A stretch of DNA of 64,000 nucleotides from an uncultured Candidatus Saccharibacteria bacterium (GCA_964490365.1 CAZBAG010000002.1:73486-137485), one strand, 5' to 3'; positions 10,079 to 19,643 are shown, numbered from the stretch's first letter. Program-made: numbers and translations. The notes: a model not told the origin generated them from the sequence alone.

Positions 10079-10107
10079 TTGACAAAAATGCTTGAATATG
10101 CTATATT
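10079..10107 (+). promoter_or_regulatory. consensus sigma70-type promoter (TTGACA-17-TATATT)
   Basis: ttgaca at 10079-10084, a 17-nt spacer, then tatatt at 10102-10107. About 70 nt upstream of the 10176 start. Shares the 12-mer cttgacaaaaat with the promoter at 12233. Confidence 0.6.
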
Positions 10108-10175
10108 GTACACAGAAATGAGTCTTGGACTCAGACAAACAGAAACTAAAGCAATCACGATAAAACCCAAGAACC

Positions 10176-12068
10176 ATGAAGAAGTACCTTGTCATTTTCT
10201 TCGCGATAGTGAGGTTGGCATTGCCAGCCTTCTCGCAACAGGAGCTTTCTTACGAACAGTTCCAAAAGGTGAAAGAGGTCATTAAGGCCTCTCCCCAGAT
10301 GGAGTTCACAGAGGGTTATGCGACGAAGTTGAACATCAACAGTGTCAGTGATGACCACTGGAAGATGATCATTTCCAACCCTAATTACACGCAAGAGCAG
10401 AATCTGACTGGAGCATTCGAACTGATTGACCTTGCCAATGCCACGTCGGTGAAGGTATGGGACACCACTTTGACAGTTTTCGTATCTGACCTCTCTCTGG
10501 CATGGGAGACACGAGAAGGTGCGCCTGTTGAAGATCCTCGCTTCCGGATTCCAACCTATGAGGTTGGTACGAAGAAGATCATCAAGTCGTATACACTTGC
10601 CGGCGATACTGAAAAGACCCAAGAGCAATCTGAAGTCCTTGCAGAAAATGCCAGCACTACGACCCAAGAAGGATCTTCTGTGTCTACTAATTCTACCTCG
10701 TCTACAACAGCGGCGTCCGACAGCGTAAAAACCCCCGAACTTGTTCGCAAGGACAATCTTGGGAAGCGTGATGTGCTCAGCTTCTACAACCCGGCAACGG
10801 GCATGTATGAGGTGGCATATGATGGTCGTCGCTCACGTTGGCCATATCGTGATGACATGTCATGGAAGACCCGCAACGGTTTCTATGATGGTGGCTACGG
10901 ACTGATGCCAGTTGCATCTACCTTCTATCCTTCTTACAACTACGGTTTCCCAATGGGAGGCGGTGGATGGGGAGCTGGTTTTGGAGGTGGTTGCTATGGT
11001 GGAGGGTTCTCTGCTGGATTCAGCCTTGATTTTGGCTGGACCAGCGGCTGCAGTTATGCAAACCCTTACTATATGATGCCGAATCGCTACTCATCTGGGG
11101 GTGCCGCCATTTGGAATGGTTACACTCATGTGGGTATCGACTGGATCGGATCCGGCGTTGGTTGGAGTGCTGGTGGAAGCAATGGTTATTGGTACGATGA
11201 TGGCTGTGGTGGATGCAAATCCAACCAAGTTGCAAGTGCTGACACCTACGTTTCTGAAGCTGACAACAGCTACTACGCTGAAACTTCTGGAGGTGCAAAA
11301 TCTCTTCCCAATGCTCAACAGCAGCAAGAAGAGGTATTCACTTCTGTAGGGGTTTCGAAATTCTTGGCGAACGAAGATGTAGCGAAAGCTGCACCTGCAC
11401 GCGAGAATAACCAGTCGAAGGCTGCTCCGGTTACAACTGAAAATCGCATGAGCGATATTCCTACAACTCGCAGTGCTCAAGGGGAAGCATCTTCTCGGAC
11501 TACCGATCGTACCGAAGCACATGCTGAGGTCGGCAATCGTTTCCAAGATGTTGCTCCTACGCGCAAAGCACCTGCACCAACTGCGATGATTGAAGAGAAA
11601 CCTCGCAACTCGAGTAACTCTTCATTACGTGGTTCGCAGGATGTAAAACCTGGTCGTCATAATCCGGCTATCTCACAAGGTGGTCGCAGTGGTAACACTG
11701 CTCGTGACACTAGAAATACTTCGGCTCGCGCACAGCAAGATCCGAAGCCTGGACGCACTCGCAATGCAAGTGTGACCCCATCGACGAATCATCGAACAAC
11801 TACTGCTCCTCCGCAAACAACTCGTAGGTCAAACCCTGCCCCTCATATTGGGCAGAAACCTATGAACAATGGCGGTGGCAGGACAGTAAGTGCTCCTGCG
11901 GGACAAAACCGTGGACCGGTAACGCGTCCTACGCGTACCCAAAGGTCAAATTCGTCAGTTGGCGGAAAACAGCCGATGCGTTCTGCACCTGTGCGACAAG
12001 CGAACCCTCAAATGCGCCAAAAGCCAATGCGCTCTGCGCCGGCTCCTCGCGTACGGAAGGGTCGCTAA
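10176..12068 (+). CDS. secreted Gly/Trp/Tyr-rich protein with long basic disordered C-terminal tail; compositionally foreign
   Basis: Signal peptide MKKYLVIFFAIVRLALPAFSQQ. Central GGGGWGAGFGGGCYGGGF region. About 250 aa of R/T/S/P/Q/N-rich tail. GC about 50% and GC3 about 55%, against host GC3 of about 25-30%. Confidence 0.6.
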   Translation: MKKYLVIFFAIVRLALPAFSQQELSYEQFQKVKEVIKASPQMEFTEGYATKLNINSVSDDHWKMIISNPNYTQEQNLTGAFELIDLANATSVKVWDTTLTVFVSDLSLAWETREGAPVEDPRFRIPTYEVGTKKIIKSYTLAGDTEKTQEQSEVLAENASTTTQEGSSVSTNSTSSTTAASDSVKTPELVRKDNLGKRDVLSFYNPATGMYEVAYDGRRSRWPYRDDMSWKTRNGFYDGGYGLMPVASTFYPSYNYGFPMGGGGWGAGFGGGCYGGGFSAGFSLDFGWTSGCSYANPYYMMPNRYSSGGAAIWNGYTHVGIDWIGSGVGWSAGGSNGYWYDDGCGGCKSNQVASADTYVSEADNSYYAETSGGAKSLPNAQQQQEEVFTSVGVSKFLANEDVAKAAPARENNQSKAAPVTTENRMSDIPTTRSAQGEASSRTTDRTEAHAEVGNRFQDVAPTRKAPAPTAMIEEKPRNSSNSSLRGSQDVKPGRHNPAISQGGRSGNTARDTRNTSARAQQDPKPGRTRNASVTPSTNHRTTTAPPQTTRRSNPAPHIGQKPMNNGGGRTVSAPAGQNRGPVTRPTRTQRSNSSVGGKQPMRSAPVRQANPQMRQKPMRSAPAPRVRKGR

Positions 12069-12088
12069 TCCGAAGAAAATAATGAAGT

Positions 12089-12129
12089 CCCCACTATATG
12101 GGGTTTGGGGGAGGTCAGAAACCTCCCCC
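12089..12129 (+). terminator. tandem hairpin terminators
   Basis: ccccactatatgggg followed by gggggaggtcagaaacctccccc. Confidence 0.55.
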
Positions 12130-12232
12130 TCATTATTAAGTCTTTAATAGAAATATTGAATATTTAAGAGTGAAATATCTGAAAAAACGTTATATTACAA
12201 GCTTTAGGATATAGCTTGAGTAAATATAAAGC

Positions 12233-12261
12233 TTGACAAAAATATTATAAAGTGATATAAT
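12233..12261 (+). promoter_or_regulatory. consensus sigma70-type promoter (TTGACA-17-TATAAT)
   Basis: ttgaca at 12233-12238, a 17-nt spacer, then tataat at 12256-12261. About 50 nt upstream of the 12310 start. Confidence 0.6.
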
Positions 12262-12309
12262 GTATATATTAAAAGTTTAGTAAACCTGTGAAAGCAGGAC
12301 ATACAATAT

Positions 12310-13797
12310 ATGAAAAACACAATCAAAAATACAACAATCGTGGCATTCGTACTGGTGTTCTCATTCTCTGGTTTCATAAACACAGCGTTTGCAGCACCAA
12401 ACGGAAACGCTACATTTTGGAATGGTGAAGAACTTGTTCCAATTTCATGGGACGGCTCATCAAATAATAATGGAGGAAATGACAACGATGATGATGACGA
12501 TAATGATAACGACGGAGATCAAGTCACAACTCTCTCAGCGACAAGTATTGATGAAGATTCAGCAGTGCTTCGAGGAGAAGTAACAAATGGAAGTAATGTA
12601 GATGTGTGGTTTGTTATCGATGATAGCGACTCAACACCTTCATGTTCTGACGATGATCTCGAAGTAAGTGTTTCAGGAGACTTTGATGACGGAGATGATT
12701 TCTCACGAACAGTTTCTAATCTTGATGAAGATGAAACATATTATTTCCGAGCGTGTACGAACGATGACCCTGGCTCAGTTCGATCATTTACAACCGACGA
12801 TGATAATGGTAACAATAATAATGACGACGATGACGATAGTGATGACAACGACAACGGAAACAATGATGAAGGTAATGTTGTAGCGTACACAAGTATTGCA
12901 ACCAATGTTACAACAAGTTCAGCGTTTCTCAACGGTGTGTCAGTTATCAATGAAGGAGGTTCTGGAAATGCATGGTTCGAATATGGTCTTACAACAGCTC
13001 TTGGTGAACGAACACCAAATCAGTCTGTTGGTAGCGGATCAAACAATGTTTCTCGACAAATTCTTAATCTTTCGCCACGAACTCCATATTATTTCAGAAT
13101 GGTTGTTCAAAACAGTGAGGGAACAGACGCAGGAGATATCTCTACATTTACAACTGGTGGTTTCTCAACAACAAACACAGGAACAACACCAAAACCTACA
13201 GGAACGACAACAACATCAGTAACAACAACTAGTGCTGTGTTTCTAGGTCTTGATATTGAATCAAACCTCGACACTGTGTCTGTTGGAGATATTGTTACCT
13301 ATACGGTTTCGTATAAAAACATTTCAGGAAAAGATCTGAAAAATGTGATTATGCAAGTTACACTTCCATACGAAGTAGCATTTCAAAAATCTACTATTGG
13401 TGGATACTCGAAACCAACACACACCGTAACAGTAACCGTTGAAACTCTTCCAAAAGATGTTAAAGGTGAATTTGTGGTGGTCGGTGAAGTTCTAAAGACT
13501 GCTCGAGGATCATCAATCCTTATTGCATCACTCCTTGGAATTCATGATCATCCAACAATCGCCGATGCGAAAGTTGATTCACTCAGTTATTCAATTATTG
13601 AAGTTGACCTGGGGAATGCAAGTCAATCTGCAAACTCAGTATTTGCAGGGACATTCTTCCCAACATCATTTATTGGATGGCTTCTGATTGTTCTGATCAT
13701 CTTCCTTATCATTCTTATTGCCCGAAAAATGGCAAAGGATAAAGAGGAACGAGAAGAACAAAAAAAGAAAGAAGAAGGAATTAAAATAGCAAAATAA
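12310..13797 (+). CDS. cell-surface protein: signal peptide, poly-Asp/Asn tracts, duplicated beta-rich modules, DUF11-like repeat, C-terminal TM anchor
   Basis: Signal peptide. NDNDDDDDNDND and NNNDDDDDSDDNDN low-complexity tracts. Two related modules (TSIDEDSAVLRGEVTNGSNVDVWF / TSIATNVTTSSAFLNGVSV...AWFEYG). VGDIVTYTVSYKNISGKDL resembles a DUF11 repeat. C-terminal hydrophobic helix plus a KKEE tail. Confidence 0.55.
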   Translation: MKNTIKNTTIVAFVLVFSFSGFINTAFAAPNGNATFWNGEELVPISWDGSSNNNGGNDNDDDDDNDNDGDQVTTLSATSIDEDSAVLRGEVTNGSNVDVWFVIDDSDSTPSCSDDDLEVSVSGDFDDGDDFSRTVSNLDEDETYYFRACTNDDPGSVRSFTTDDDNGNNNNDDDDDSDDNDNGNNDEGNVVAYTSIATNVTTSSAFLNGVSVINEGGSGNAWFEYGLTTALGERTPNQSVGSGSNNVSRQILNLSPRTPYYFRMVVQNSEGTDAGDISTFTTGGFSTTNTGTTPKPTGTTTTSVTTTSAVFLGLDIESNLDTVSVGDIVTYTVSYKNISGKDLKNVIMQVTLPYEVAFQKSTIGGYSKPTHTVTVTVETLPKDVKGEFVVVGEVLKTARGSSILIASLLGIHDHPTIADAKVDSLSYSIIEVDLGNASQSANSVFAGTFFPTSFIGWLLIVLIIFLIILIARKMAKDKEEREEQKKKEEGIKIAK

Positions 13798-13804
13798 ATA
13801 CATC

Positions 13805-13829
13805 AAAACCCCCGCAATGCGGGGGTTTT
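13805..13829 (+). terminator. terminator
   Basis: aaaacccccgcaatgcgggggtttt. Confidence 0.6.
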
Positions 13830-13850
13830 GATGTATGGTAAAATAGGCTC

Positions 13851-14312
13851 ATGATATACAAAAGTGTGTCGGAGCAGGAAACAAAAGAAGCGGCAAAAGC
13901 TATCATTCAAAAGATTCTAGAAGCTAAAAAAACAGGGCCTATTTTTGTTGGGCTTATTGGTGACCTTGGAGCGGGTAAAACAACGTTTATGAAAGGTGTC
14001 GCTGAATTTTTTAGTGTTACCGAAGCTATACAAAGTCCCACTTTTGTTATTCAAAAAATCTATCCGATTTCAGAAGAAAATAGACACGAGAAACATCATA
14101 CATTTACACAGCTCATACATATGGATATGTATAGACTTGAGTCTGAAGATGCGCTTCGTGCACTTGCTTGGGAAGACTACAAAAATAACAAAGAGCACAT
14201 ACTCTGCGTAGAATGGCCGAATCAGTTGTGGGAAACGAACCCAGAAGAAATGATACCTGTAACCATAGAACACGATGACCATGAAACACGAATAATTACA
14301 TATCATGAATAA
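13851..14312 (+). CDS. tsaE: tRNA threonylcarbamoyladenosine biosynthesis ATPase TsaE (YjeE)
   Basis: P-loop GDLGAGKTTFMKG and a size of about 150 aa. Confidence 0.75.
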   Translation: MIYKSVSEQETKEAAKAIIQKILEAKKTGPIFVGLIGDLGAGKTTFMKGVAEFFSVTEAIQSPTFVIQKIYPISEENRHEKHHTFTQLIHMDMYRLESEDALRALAWEDYKNNKEHILCVEWPNQLWETNPEEMIPVTIEHDDHETRIITYHE

Positions 14313-16674
14313 AACACAGAAAAAAAGAATAGTTCTTCTCGACACGCATGCAATTATTCACCGTGCGTATCATGCATTGCCTGACTTTTCTACTTCAAGT
14401 GGCGAACCAACAGGCGCGCTTTATGGTCTCTCTACAATGATCCTCACACTTATTCAAACACTCAATCCAGACTATATTATTGCTTGTTACGATATGCCGG
14501 GGGGGACATTCAGAAGTGTGGCGACTCCAACCTATAAGGCCAATCGAAAGAAAAACGACGATGAGCTCAACGATCAGATTAAAAAATCTCGTGGACTTAT
14601 GGATGCGTTTGGAATTCCTTACTACGAAAAGAAAGGCTATGAAGCAGACGATTTACTTGGAACGTTGTCTGAAATTCTGAAGAAAGACGGAGATAATGAA
14701 GTGATTATTTCTTCAGGAGATATGGATACCTTGCAACTCGTTGATAAAAAACAAGTGCAAGTATTTACTCTAAAACGTGGACTCACTGACACTGTGCTCT
14801 ACGATGAAAAAGCAGTGAAAGATCGTTTTGGGTTTGGTCCAAAATTATTACCAGACTACAAAGGTCTTCGAGGTGATCCATCAGACAATATTATTGGTAT
14901 TGCTGGTATTGGAGAAAAAACAGCAACAACACTGATCACTGAATTCGGAACCATCCAAGATATTTATAAAAAATTAAAAAAAGATAAAGAAGCTTTTAAA
15001 AAAGCGGGAATAACAGATCGTATTGTGAAACTTCTCGAAGAGGGTGAAGAAGAAGCTCTTTTTTCAAAAACACTCGCAACTATCGTGAGAGATGTTCCTG
15101 TTTCATTTGCATTACCAGAAAAGAAGTGGAGAGAAGACGTGCAACTAGAAAATATAGAAAAGTTCTGTACTCAATTTGAATTTAAAAGCTTACCATCACG
15201 ATTTAGAAAAATTTTGACAGGTGAAGTGGTGCCAGAGAAAGTGGAAGAGGAAAAAGAAATCAATGTTTCTAAAGAAGAAATTCGCAAGGTGTCTATTGCT
15301 TTGTGGCTCATTGATTCAGAAAAAACAAATCCAAAAATTGATGATATTTTGCAGTTTGGTAAAACAAAAGATTTTGATGAGGCAAAGAAAAGTATTTGGA
15401 AAGAAGTGAAAAAAAGAAATCTAGAAAAAGTTTATGAGGAGATTGAAGCGCCAATCATTCCTGTTATTCAAAAAATGGAAGATCGAGGAGTACGTCTTGA
15501 TACACAATATCTAAAAACACTGAGTGTTGACTATCACAAGAAACTAGAAGCGTTAGAAAAAGAAATACACGCATTTGCAGGAGAAGAGTTTAATATTAAA
15601 TCTCCAAAACAGCTTTCTGAAATTCTTTTTACAAAATTAGGTTTACCAACAAAAGGTATTAAAAAATCTGCGACAGGTGGTTATTCAACAGATATTTCTA
15701 CACTTGAAAAGCTAGAAGATGATCACGAGATCATTAAAAAGATTATTGATTTTCGTGAATTGCAAAAACTTCTCTCAACATATATCGATGTCTTGCCTGA
15801 CTTGGTGAAAGAAGATGGACGTCTTCATGCTGAGTTTATTCAACATGGATCTTCAACGGGAAGGTTCTCTTCAAACAATCCAAACCTTCAAAACATTCCA
15901 ACAAGAAGTGAGCTTGGTCGAGTGATTCGAAATGCTTTTGTGGCAGCTCCAGGCTGGAAGCTTATCTCGTTTGACTATTCTCAAATTGAACTTCGTATTG
16001 CAGCTATGTTTGCCGCGGACGACTACATGATTAAAACTTTTAACGAAGGAAAAGATATTCATGCTGCCGTTGCCGCCAAGGTGTTTAATGTAAGAGAAGA
16101 TAAGGTTGATCGAGAGATGCGAAGAATGGCAAAGATTATAAACTTTGGAATTCTCTACGGTATGGGAGTGCTCGCTTTAAAGAAAAATATCGGCACAACA
16201 AAAGAAGAGGCGCAAAAGTTTTATGATGAATATTTTGAACAATTTAGTTCGATTAAAAACTATTTGGATGATACGAAAAATTTTGTAAGAAAATTCGGTT
16301 ACACTGAAACATTATTTAAACGTCGTCGATATTTTGGGGGTATTAACTCCACACTTCCTTTTATTCGTGCCATGGCAGAACGTATGGCGATCAATGCACC
16401 TATCCAAGGAACTTCAGCCGATATTATTAAACTTGCTATGAAGATGATCGACGACGTAATAGAAAAAGAAGGACTCTCTTCTTCCGTGTTTCCAATTTTA
16501 CAGATTCACGACGAACTTATTTATGAAGTAAAGGAAGATGTTGTTCAAAAAGTTGCCCCTATGATTGAAACTATAATGGAGCAGGTATTAGAAAATTCAT
16601 TCATCCATCACAAACCAGAAGTTCCACTCGACGTTAACTTTGCCGTGGGAGACAACTGGGGTGACCTTAAATAG
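14305..16674 (+). CDS. polA: DNA polymerase I (5'-3' exonuclease + polymerase; reduced or absent 3'-5' exo region)
   Basis: N-terminal FEN domain (VLLDTHAIIHRAYHA). Pol A motifs DYSQIELR, RRMAKIINFGILYG, QIHDELIYE. Only 789 aa. Confidence 0.85.
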   Translation: MNKTQKKRIVLLDTHAIIHRAYHALPDFSTSSGEPTGALYGLSTMILTLIQTLNPDYIIACYDMPGGTFRSVATPTYKANRKKNDDELNDQIKKSRGLMDAFGIPYYEKKGYEADDLLGTLSEILKKDGDNEVIISSGDMDTLQLVDKKQVQVFTLKRGLTDTVLYDEKAVKDRFGFGPKLLPDYKGLRGDPSDNIIGIAGIGEKTATTLITEFGTIQDIYKKLKKDKEAFKKAGITDRIVKLLEEGEEEALFSKTLATIVRDVPVSFALPEKKWREDVQLENIEKFCTQFEFKSLPSRFRKILTGEVVPEKVEEEKEINVSKEEIRKVSIALWLIDSEKTNPKIDDILQFGKTKDFDEAKKSIWKEVKKRNLEKVYEEIEAPIIPVIQKMEDRGVRLDTQYLKTLSVDYHKKLEALEKEIHAFAGEEFNIKSPKQLSEILFTKLGLPTKGIKKSATGGYSTDISTLEKLEDDHEIIKKIIDFRELQKLLSTYIDVLPDLVKEDGRLHAEFIQHGSSTGRFSSNNPNLQNIPTRSELGRVIRNAFVAAPGWKLISFDYSQIELRIAAMFAADDYMIKTFNEGKDIHAAVAAKVFNVREDKVDREMRRMAKIINFGILYGMGVLALKKNIGTTKEEAQKFYDEYFEQFSSIKNYLDDTKNFVRKFGYTETLFKRRRYFGGINSTLPFIRAMAERMAINAPIQGTSADIIKLAMKMIDDVIEKEGLSSSVFPILQIHDELIYEVKEDVVQKVAPMIETIMEQVLENSFIHHKPEVPLDVNFAVGDNWGDLK

Positions 16675-16691
16675 AAATCAAGCTCGTTTAT

Positions 16692-17192
16692 TTGCGAGTA
16701 GTAAATAAGTGCTATAATACACTCATGGATAAAAATAGTGTTTCTCATTTAAGTTCATATTCAATATCAATATTTGCACTCGGTCTTTTTATTGGAGTAC
16801 TTCTCGATATTTTCTTTCCTATGAGATTTATGATGGAACCTCTTAATCAATATATCGGTCTTGGCCTTGTTGTTCTTGCGACTCTCGTTATCTATTCTGC
16901 TGAAAAGCACGGGGAAGAGTATTCGACCAAGCGAAAGTCAAATACCGTTTCTCATATTGAACACTTTTCTGCTGGACCATATAAATATACGAGAAATCCT
17001 AAATATCTAGGGCTTAGTTTCTTATTAATAGGTCTTGGGCTTATTTTAAACACTCCATTTATCATTGGAACATCAATTCTTTCTGGAATTATCGTAAATA
17101 TCTATTTTGTTGGCAAAGAAGAGGCGTTACTTGAACAAAGACATGGAGAATTGTATAAAGAGTATAAGAGTAAGGTCAGAAAATGGTTATAA
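16692..17192 (+). CDS. membrane methyltransferase of the isoprenylcysteine carboxyl / phospholipid methyltransferase family
   Basis: Multi-pass membrane protein. GPYKYTRNPKYLG matches the ICMT/PEMT SAM-binding motif. Confidence 0.5.
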   Translation: MRVVNKCYNTLMDKNSVSHLSSYSISIFALGLFIGVLLDIFFPMRFMMEPLNQYIGLGLVVLATLVIYSAEKHGEEYSTKRKSNTVSHIEHFSAGPYKYTRNPKYLGLSFLLIGLGLILNTPFIIGTSILSGIIVNIYFVGKEEALLEQRHGELYKEYKSKVRKWL

Positions 17193-17206
17193 TATAGGGA
17201 ATTATT

Positions 17207-17920
17207 GTGGTATTCATTTATTCGGGCAAAAACTTTGAAAAGAAAAAGAAAGCGTTTGAGTCAGATCTCAAGCGCTTTTCTGAATACGATAAGGTGTTTA
17301 TGGACGAACAAAGCTTTCAGTTCCCAGAATTTGAGAGTTATATAGATGGGAGAAGCTTATTTGGCAATAAAACAGCGATAATTCTAGACTCCGTACTAGA
17401 AAATGAGTCATATAGACGAGATATTTTAAAAAAAATGAAGGAATTACAAGCTTCGGCCAATGTTTTCTTCTTTCTTGAAGCGAATATTACAAAAACAGAC
17501 TTAAAACCTATAGAAAAAAAGGTTGAAGCTATTGAATTTTTTGATCTTATTACCAAAAAAGAAGAAAAATTCAATATTTTTAGTCTTACAGACGCTTTTG
17601 CAAAAAGAGATAAGAAAGAAACATGGGTTTTATTGCAAAAAGCACTGAGGAACAACGTTCCTGCGATGGACGTGGCAAATATACTTACCTGGTCAATTAA
17701 AAACCTGATTTTGGTAAAAGGGAAGACTGGAACTGATCAAGATATTAAAAAAACAGGCCTTAACCCTTTTGTGTTTAAGAAAACCGTAGGCTCTTCAAGG
17801 CTTTGGAATGAAGCCGACCTTAAAAAGGCTTTGCAAAATATAGTTTTTCTCTATCATGATGATCGCAGGGGTGAAAATCTGGCTGTGGATTTAGAGCTTT
17901 TTATCCTGAAAACCCTTTAA
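17207..17920 (+). CDS. holA: DNA polymerase III delta subunit-like (short HolA)
   Basis: C-terminal region KKTGLNPFVFKKTV...DLKKALQNIVFLYHDDRRGENLAVDLELFILK resembles the delta subunit C-terminal domain. Sits downstream of polA. 237 aa is short for HolA. Confidence 0.45.
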   Translation: MVFIYSGKNFEKKKKAFESDLKRFSEYDKVFMDEQSFQFPEFESYIDGRSLFGNKTAIILDSVLENESYRRDILKKMKELQASANVFFFLEANITKTDLKPIEKKVEAIEFFDLITKKEEKFNIFSLTDAFAKRDKKETWVLLQKALRNNVPAMDVANILTWSIKNLILVKGKTGTDQDIKKTGLNPFVFKKTVGSSRLWNEADLKKALQNIVFLYHDDRRGENLAVDLELFILKTL

Positions 17921-17922
17921 TA

Positions 17923-18489
17923 TTAAAGATTCTCTACTAGTTCCAACCTTTCTTTAAGTGCTTGTATTTTTTCAGTATTTCTTGGCAACATCTCAAACTC
18001 ATCTGATTGCAACCTATCTTTTATTTCTGCAATCTGTCCTCTAATAGACGTTAAAAACCCTTTTAGATATTCAAAATCATCGTTTGCAAGAGCTAATGTT
18101 GTCGAGCTTAGTTTATTGTCAAAGAACCTAAGTCCTTTTTCTATGAAATTTCTGAGCTCGAAAAGGTTAAGACCTTGGATATAAATCGATTCTGTGATGT
18201 TATTTTCATGTAGAAAATCCAATATCATTTCTTCAGAGAGTCTGTTGATACCCTTTAGTTTTATTGATAAATCTCCCGCCTTTCTTAATATTTTTTTATA
18301 CTCACTATCAAGTAATTCTGGGTTTTCTTCGTTTCGAATCCTGTCTTTTAGGGCTAAAACAGTGATTTTTTTATATTCTGGATCTTCGCTACACTTTTTT
18401 ACTATAGGATTTGGATCAAAGCCCTCTAAATTAAGAAAATTACTGTAGTTTTTAAGCTCCAAGTCTTTATTTTCAGGTATTTTTTCCAT
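17923..18489 (-). CDS. hypothetical helical protein
   Basis: The ORF runs to 18567, but its first 26 codons overlap a hairpin. The more likely start is MEKIPENK at 18489. No motif recognised. Confidence 0.35.
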   Translation of the reverse strand: MEKIPENKDLELKNYSNFLNLEGFDPNPIVKKCSEDPEYKKITVLALKDRIRNEENPELLDSEYKKILRKAGDLSIKLKGINRLSEEMILDFLHENNITESIYIQGLNLFELRNFIEKGLRFFDNKLSSTTLALANDDFEYLKGFLTSIRGQIAEIKDRLQSDEFEMLPRNTEKIQALKERLELVENL

Positions 18490-19080
18490 TAAAAGTATTA
18501 TAGCATCTAAAAAATTATTAAAACCCCTCAAAAAACACAAGACCCGGCCAATGGGTCGGGTCTTCATCTAAAAAATTGTCGCCTATACGGCGTGTGACGA
18601 ATGGTTACGTCTAGGAAAGAACAAACTTCACTTCAAATGTACAAATCCACGATTATAGTCCGTCGACTAGATTGTATTTTGTTGTTGTCGCTCCCCTGTG
18701 CGAAGTTCTCCTCAGGCTTTTGTCATTCGAATGTTTGTAAGAATGTGATGATACGTATGTTGTATATTACCCTAAAAAGTGGGTGACTATGTATCTCGTG
18801 AAATTCTTCTAAATCTTCGAACATGTTTATTATACGAATAAAAGACATAAAGGACAAAATTGTTATTGTGGATAACTTATGTCCCTTACTTTTTCCATGA
18901 CAAAAAAGTAACAAAAACTCTAGACCCACACTTCACACCTAAAAATACTAGATGTTTAGCTAAGAAAATGATGAACTCGGAAAGTCATTACTTTCCTCAA
19001 ACAGCATCATTTTCTAAAGCAACATACTAGTATTTTAAAAACGGTGTTCTCGTGTAGGGTCGAAAGATTTAAATGAAACT

Positions 19081-19104
19081 AAAAACACCCTTGCGGGTGT
19101 TTTT
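19081..19104 (-). terminator. terminator of the dsbB-like/thioredoxin operon
   Basis: aaaaacacccttgcgggtgttttt. Confidence 0.6.
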
Positions 19105-19117
19105 AGTTTCATTCTCG

Positions 19118-19642
19118 TTAATTAAACCTTTTTCTGTTTACGATGAGTATTAGGATGAATACTAGTGCAGTAAGAGACATTACAGGAATATCGATGTATC
19201 CAAACTTTGTGAATAATTCTTGTAAACAAGATGGCCCAACCGCAGAACAATCAAATATTTCACTATTTGTTGTTCTTGAAAATACGTGGAATAGAGCGAC
19301 GATTGCCCCTAAGACAGCAAGTGTACTTATGTAGTTCCAAATATCTTTCCCTGTTTTTTTAATAAGTGCGACACAAGAGATTATGGCAATACTGTAAATC
19401 ACTATTCGTTGGTACCAGCACATAAGACATGGTAAGTAGCCAATAACTTCAGAATAGAAAAGACTTGCCAGCATTGATCCTCCCATTATAAATAGAGTTA
19501 AAACCAAAGCCTTGTCACTGAACCATTTTGCAAGAGCGCCCTTATCTTTTGTGGCGATCATTATAAGAAGCAGTACTGATGTAATTTGCACAAAAACGGT
19601 TCCTAAACTTAGTATTGTATTTGTTGTATTTGCTAAGCCCAT
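19118..19642 (-). CDS. disulfide bond formation protein B-like (DsbB/BdbC family) membrane thiol oxidase
   Basis: Four TM helices. CLMC (CxxC) in the first extracytoplasmic loop and a later Cys pair (CSAVGPSC). Adjacent to a thioredoxin-fold gene. The start was moved to MGLANT at 19642 to avoid an 80-nt overlap. Confidence 0.5.
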   Translation of the reverse strand: MGLANTTNTILSLGTVFVQITSVLLLIMIATKDKGALAKWFSDKALVLTLFIMGGSMLASLFYSEVIGYLPCLMCWYQRIVIYSIAIISCVALIKKTGKDIWNYISTLAVLGAIVALFHVFSRTTNSEIFDCSAVGPSCLQELFTKFGYIDIPVMSLTALVFILILIVNRKRFN

Positions 19643-19643
19643 A

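Noticed and set aside
10079-10285. 68-aa ORF starting MTKMLEYAILY
   Set aside because: It begins inside the -35/-10 promoter elements and overlaps the start of the 10176 gene. It is more parsimoniously promoter and 5'UTR.
17923-18567. Full 214-aa extent of the - strand ORF
   Set aside because: The first 26 codons are the reverse complement of a strong GC hairpin (18538-18566). The internal Met (MEKIPENK) is a more plausible start, so the feature was trimmed.
18725-18739. 15-mer ttcgaatgtttgtaa shared between 18725 and 28986 (next to element copy 2)
   Set aside because: A single 15-mer match in 64 kb of AT-rich sequence is about chance expectation. No extended similarity either side.
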